DNA of 64,000 nucleotides from Eledone cirrhosa (taxonomy: Eukaryota): positions 140,058,001 to 140,122,000 of the forward strand of contig OZ024742.1 in assembly GCA_964016885.1 (NCBI GenBank). Reading direction: 5' to 3'. Numbering within the stretch: the first letter of the stretch is position 1; each line of letters opens with the position of its first letter. Position numbers and translations under genes: made by a program. The notes below the pieces were generated by a model. It was not told where the DNA came from. It saw only the letters and a program-made list of their open reading frames with translations, and searched no databases. This document shows positions 59,681-64,000 of this stretch, one piece after another.

Positions 59681-60240
59681 ATAAAGTTACTTGATTTTAT
59701 TTAACTTTTAATGTCTTGTAACACACAAAACCTCATTAGCAAGACATTCTTGAAAATTGTAAAACAAAACTATGAATGTATAACATTAAAAATTTAAATT
59801 TTTCCAACAATATGTCCACTAATAAAGATATTATAAACATTTGAATTAACACGTTTTTAGATATTTTCTGCTAAATCATTCCAACAGTTAACAGATTATT
59901 TTGTAGAAAAAACGACAGCATTATATTAAAAATTAATTATTTTTACTCTAATATAGCAATTTTCACAACGATCTACCCACCAATAAAGATGCTATAAACA
60001 TTTAAATTAGCAAACACGTTTTTAGATATTTTTTGCAAAATCATTACAAGGGCAAATTAATATTTTAAAAAACCTTAACCACTGAAAAGATTGTGGAGGC
60101 CCACTTTTTTAGGAGCCCTGTTTCAGCTGCAGCATTGTGCCATGGTCCATTGTAAGTCTGGCACTAAAAAAAAATAAAATAAAATAATCAAAGCCACTCT
60201 TTACTCAAGGTTACAAGCAGGTGCATATTTTGTTTCTTGC

Positions 60241-60477
60241 TTAACCCTCTAGCATTTACATTACTCTATATATACTATTATATTTTTGCAGTAAAGGCTT
60301 TGACTGACATAATTATCTCACATAATATTGAATCTATGCGATTTTGATATTATTTATTTTGAGAACAATTGTATAAAACATCAGTATGAGTGGCCAGTTA
60401 CAGTTACAGCTGGTTTGAACAGAAAGAGGGGAGAGAATTCTGGCCAGATACGGCTGGTTTAAATACTAAAGGGTTAA
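60241..60477. mobile_element. piggyBac-type MITE (second family)
   Basis: TTAA-CCCTCTAGCATTTA ... TAAATACTAAAGGG-TTAA. Confidence 0.7.
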
Positions 60478-60621
60478 TCCAGGGCTGATGTTAAAGGGTT
60501 AATGCTACACAATGTTAATTTTGACCTTTATTTGGCTACAAATATTCCCATTAACTCCACTTCTATAAACTAACTGGCTGTTGACATGATGGGAGCTAGG
60601 AAACTGAATATTCTAGGCATA

Positions 60622-62125
60622 ATCTGTCTTCTTATCTGTCTGTCTTTCTTCTTGTCTATTTGTCTGTCTATCTTGTCTATTTGTCTGTCTTCTTGTCTAT
60701 TTGTCTGTCTTCTTGTCTATTTGTCTGTCTTCTTGTCTATCAGTCTGTCTTCTTGTCTATCAGTCTGTCTTCTTGTCTATCAGTCTGTCTTCTTGTCTAT
60801 CAGTCTGTCTTCTTGTCTATCAGTCTGTCTTCTTGTCTGTCAGTCTGTCTTGTCTATTTGTCTGTCTTCTTGTCTATCAGTCTGTCTTCTTGTCTGTCAG
60901 TCTGTCTCCTTGTCTGTCAGTCTGTCTTCTTGTCTGTCAGTCTGTCTCCTTGTCTATCAGTCTGTCTTCTTGTCTGTCAGTCTGTCTTGTCTGTCAGTCT
61001 GTCTCCTTGTCTGTCTGTCTTGTCTATCAGTCTGTCTTCTTGTCTGTCTTCTTGTCTATCAGTCTGTCTTCTTGTCTGTCTTCTTGTCTATCAGTCTGTC
61101 TTCTTGTCTGTCTTCTTGTCTATCAGTCTGTCTTCTTGTCTGTCAGTCTGTCTTTTTGTCTATCAGTCTGTCTTGTCTATCAGTCTGTCTTCTTGTCTGT
61201 CTTCTTGTCTGTCAGTCTGTCTTCTTGTCTCCTTGTCTGTCAGTCTGTCTCCTTGTCTGTCTTCTTGTCTGTCAGTCTGTCTCCTTGTCTGTCTTCTTGT
61301 CTGTCAGTCTGTCTTCTTGTCTCCTTCTCTGTCAGTCTGTCTCCTTGTCTGTCAGTCTGTCTTCTTGTCTGTCAGTCTGTCTTCTTGTCTGTCAGTCTTC
61401 TTGTCCGTAAGTCTGTCTTCTTGTCTGTCAGTCTGTCTTCTTGTCTGTCAGTCTGTCTTCTTGTCTGTCAGTCTGTCTCCTTGTCTGTCAGTCTGTCTCC
61501 TTGTCTGTCTTCTTGTCTGTCAGTCTTCTTGTCTGTAAGTCTGTCTTCTTGTCTGTCAGTCTGTCTTCTTGTCTGTCAGCCTGTCTCCTTGTCTGTCAGT
61601 CTGTCTTCTTGTCTGTCAGTCTGTCTTCTTGTCTGTCAGTCTTCTTGTCCGTAAGTCTGTCTTCTTGTCTGTCAGTCTGTCTTCTTGTCTGTCAGTCTGT
61701 CTTCTTGTCTGTCAGTCTGTCTCCTTGTCTGTCAGTCTGTCTCCTTGTCTGTCTTCTTGTCTGTCAGTCTTCTTGTCTGTCAGTCTTCTTGTCTGTAAGT
61801 CTGTCTTCTTGTCTGTCAGTCTGTCTTCTTGTCTGTCAGCCTGTCTTCTTGTCTGTCAGTCTGTCTCCTTGTCTGTCTTCTTGTCTGTCAGTCTTCTTGT
61901 CCGTAAGTCTGTCTTCTTGTCTGTCAGTCTGTCTTCTTGTCTGTCAGTCTGTCTTCTTGTCTGTCAGTCTGTCTCCTTGTCTGTCTTCTTGTCTGTCAGT
62001 CTTCTTGTCCGTAAGTCTGTCTTCTTGTCTGTCAGTCTGTCTTCTTGTCTGTCAGCCTGTCTTCTTGTCCGCCAGCCTGTCTTCTTGTCCGCCAGCCTGT
62101 CTTCTTGTCCGCCAGCCTGTCTTCT
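60622..62125. repeat. CT-rich satellite, ~20-bp unit CTTGTCTGTCAGTCTGTCTT with shorter variants
   Basis: Direct reading. Confidence 0.95.
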
Positions 62126-62129
62126 CGTA

Positions 62130-62420
62130 TGTATGTGGCTTAGTGTTTAGAGTATTCAATTCACAATCGTGAGGTTGTGAATTTGATTCCCAGTGGCATG
62201 TTGTATCCTTGAGCAAAATACTTTATTTTATATTGTTCCAATCTTCTCAGCTGGCAAATGGACTTGTACCTGTAATTCAAAGGGCTTGGCTTGTCACTCA
62301 CACTCTCATGCTGAATCTCCTTACAAACTACATTTTGAGTATATATCTGTGGAATGCTCAGCCACTTATGGTTTGTGAGCAGACTGTACTGTTGTTCAAA
62401 CAACTGGGACACTCATTGGG
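62130..62420 (+). mobile_element. Diverged tRNA-derived SINE
   Basis: GTGGCTTAGTGTTTAGAG..CACAATCGTGAGGTTGTGAATTTGATTCC..CCTTGAGCAA; the 3' part TGTGGAATGCTCAGCCA is shared with about 23270. Confidence 0.65.
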
Positions 62421-63074
62421 ATTGATGGTGGGCCAACACGCACGTACACACACACACACACGTATACATGCACTCACATGCATACATACACATACAGCAA
62501 TATATTAAAAACTGAGCAGTTGTGAGATGAAAAGAAAAAGAATGAAAACATCAATATGTCACAATCATAATCTGTTTTCCTTTTATCACTTTCTTTTTTA
62601 GCTCAAGTAAAGTAGTGTAAGTAATTAAAGCAGCATTAATAATAATATCATTAGACTCAGACTTATTCAAGTAGGAACATGTTTAAGTAGCTGAACATTT
62701 CACATAAAATTGTTCTTGTGTGTGTGTAATTCTGATTTAAGTTGAAGAGAGAAATACTAGTTAGATCTGATCAATGAATGTCAAGCCTGGAAACTTCGAG
62801 AACCATAATCAATTTTCCTTTTTATTAAACCCATTACCTGAAGTCTTTTCAATTATCTTTCAGGTTGCTAGATTTACTGAATATTACTGGCAAGCCATAT
62901 ACACATATCACTTATTACTTTCTCAATTAGAATTGTTATTTTTGTTGTTTTTTCTTCTTTTAAATTATATTCTTTGAGAACAATGGTATTGTAAAGACTT
63001 ATCAACTAAGATTCCATATTATCTTATCTGTCTGTCTATCTATTGGAGTTTGAACTTCACGAGATTATATATAT

Positions 63075-63845
63075 ATATAGTCCAATCCATGCCAGCATTG
63101 AAAGCAGATGATATTAATGATGATAAATACAAGAGGTATAGCAGGATCTTGGAAAAGCTAACAAAGAATGTAGACTTTGCGTGTGGCATATGCACTGGAG
63201 CAGTAAGCAGTATGCACTCACATGAAACAGATACTATCAAATGCTCTGACAGCTCCTTAGAAGTGTTTGACAGCTTCCACTATCTAGTGCGTATGGGTGT
63301 TCTGGAAGCACAATCGCAATGCTGTGAGATCTGGGCCTTAAACGCAGAGAATCTACGATGATTGAGAAGAAACGAAGCAAGCATGTACTGATGGATGTGT
63401 AATGAAAGACAAAGTATCAATGACCTGAGAGAAAAGCAGAGCATAAGATGTAATAGATGCAGTGAAGAAGAGAGAAGACTAAGCTGGTATGAACATGTGA
63501 TATGTATGAAGGCTTGGATTAGATTAGTCCTCTCTAGTACAGCATCTCACCACTTGTTTCCTTTGTCATCTCATTTGTGAGTCCAGCATCTTAAGTTCAG
63601 TTTTTACCATTTCTGCCCAGGATTTCCACAACTTCTGACACTTCTTCACCCAACGATCATCATCCATGTAGATGATACATTGGTACCAATGTAATTTTAT
63701 TTCCTGCAAACTACATCTGATTCCTTTTATACCTAGTTTCTCTCTCATTTCATCTGTGCTTTGTTGTTTATACACACTAATGTTACACATCCACCCCATC
63801 TCCTCAGACATAGTGTATATAGGATTATATTAGCCAACATGTTCA
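63075..63845. mobile_element. Two decayed RTE LINE fragments (about 63075-63510 plus; about 63590-63845 minus)
   Basis: LEVFDSFHYL, WMCN..SINDLREK..RRLSWYEHV; and WMCNISV..STDEMREKLGIKGIRC..KLHWY..DDDRWVKKCQ. Confidence 0.75.
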
Positions 63846-64000
63846 TTTTTTTTACATTCATAAGTTGTGATATGAAGGAAATTCAGTTGCTATTTCTAGC
63901 AGGTGAAACAAACACATATAGGCTTCATAATTGGCTTCAGTAGTGGTTGTATTGATAATGTCATGATACTGTGCAACAGTGAATGCAGCATAGCTGAATG

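Noticed and set aside
60586-62172. Ser/Leu/Val/Cys-rich ORFs
   Set aside because: They are products of the A-poor satellite in multiple frames.

Overview
This is an AT-rich eukaryotic, repeat-dominated window. The SINE, RTE and microsatellite repertoire suggests an octopod cephalopod (inference). No intact host gene is recognisable; there are only three weak candidate micro-exons at about 22.5-26.1 kb. Positions 1-19.6 kb form a ~17 kb degenerate (TA)n field with an N-gap at 4112-4311, colonised by retroelements. These are two copies of a Nematis-like Penelope element (RT plus GIY-YIG; one copy has an inverted pLTR), each with a type I hammerhead ribozyme, a second Penelope family with a minimal hammerhead, and three copies of a structured, bipartite RTE-derived non-autonomous element. 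The remainder holds two decayed RepHel Helitron copies and several non-autonomous Helitrons, including a head-to-tail junction. It also holds CRE- and RTE-clade LINE fragments, a Tc1/mariner remnant, piggyBac-type and foldback MITEs, many tRNA-derived SINEs, a GCGCATGCGC-rich minisatellite and a CT-rich satellite. Nearly all long ORFs in the supplied track are artefacts of simple repeats. All structures and alignments were judged by eye.
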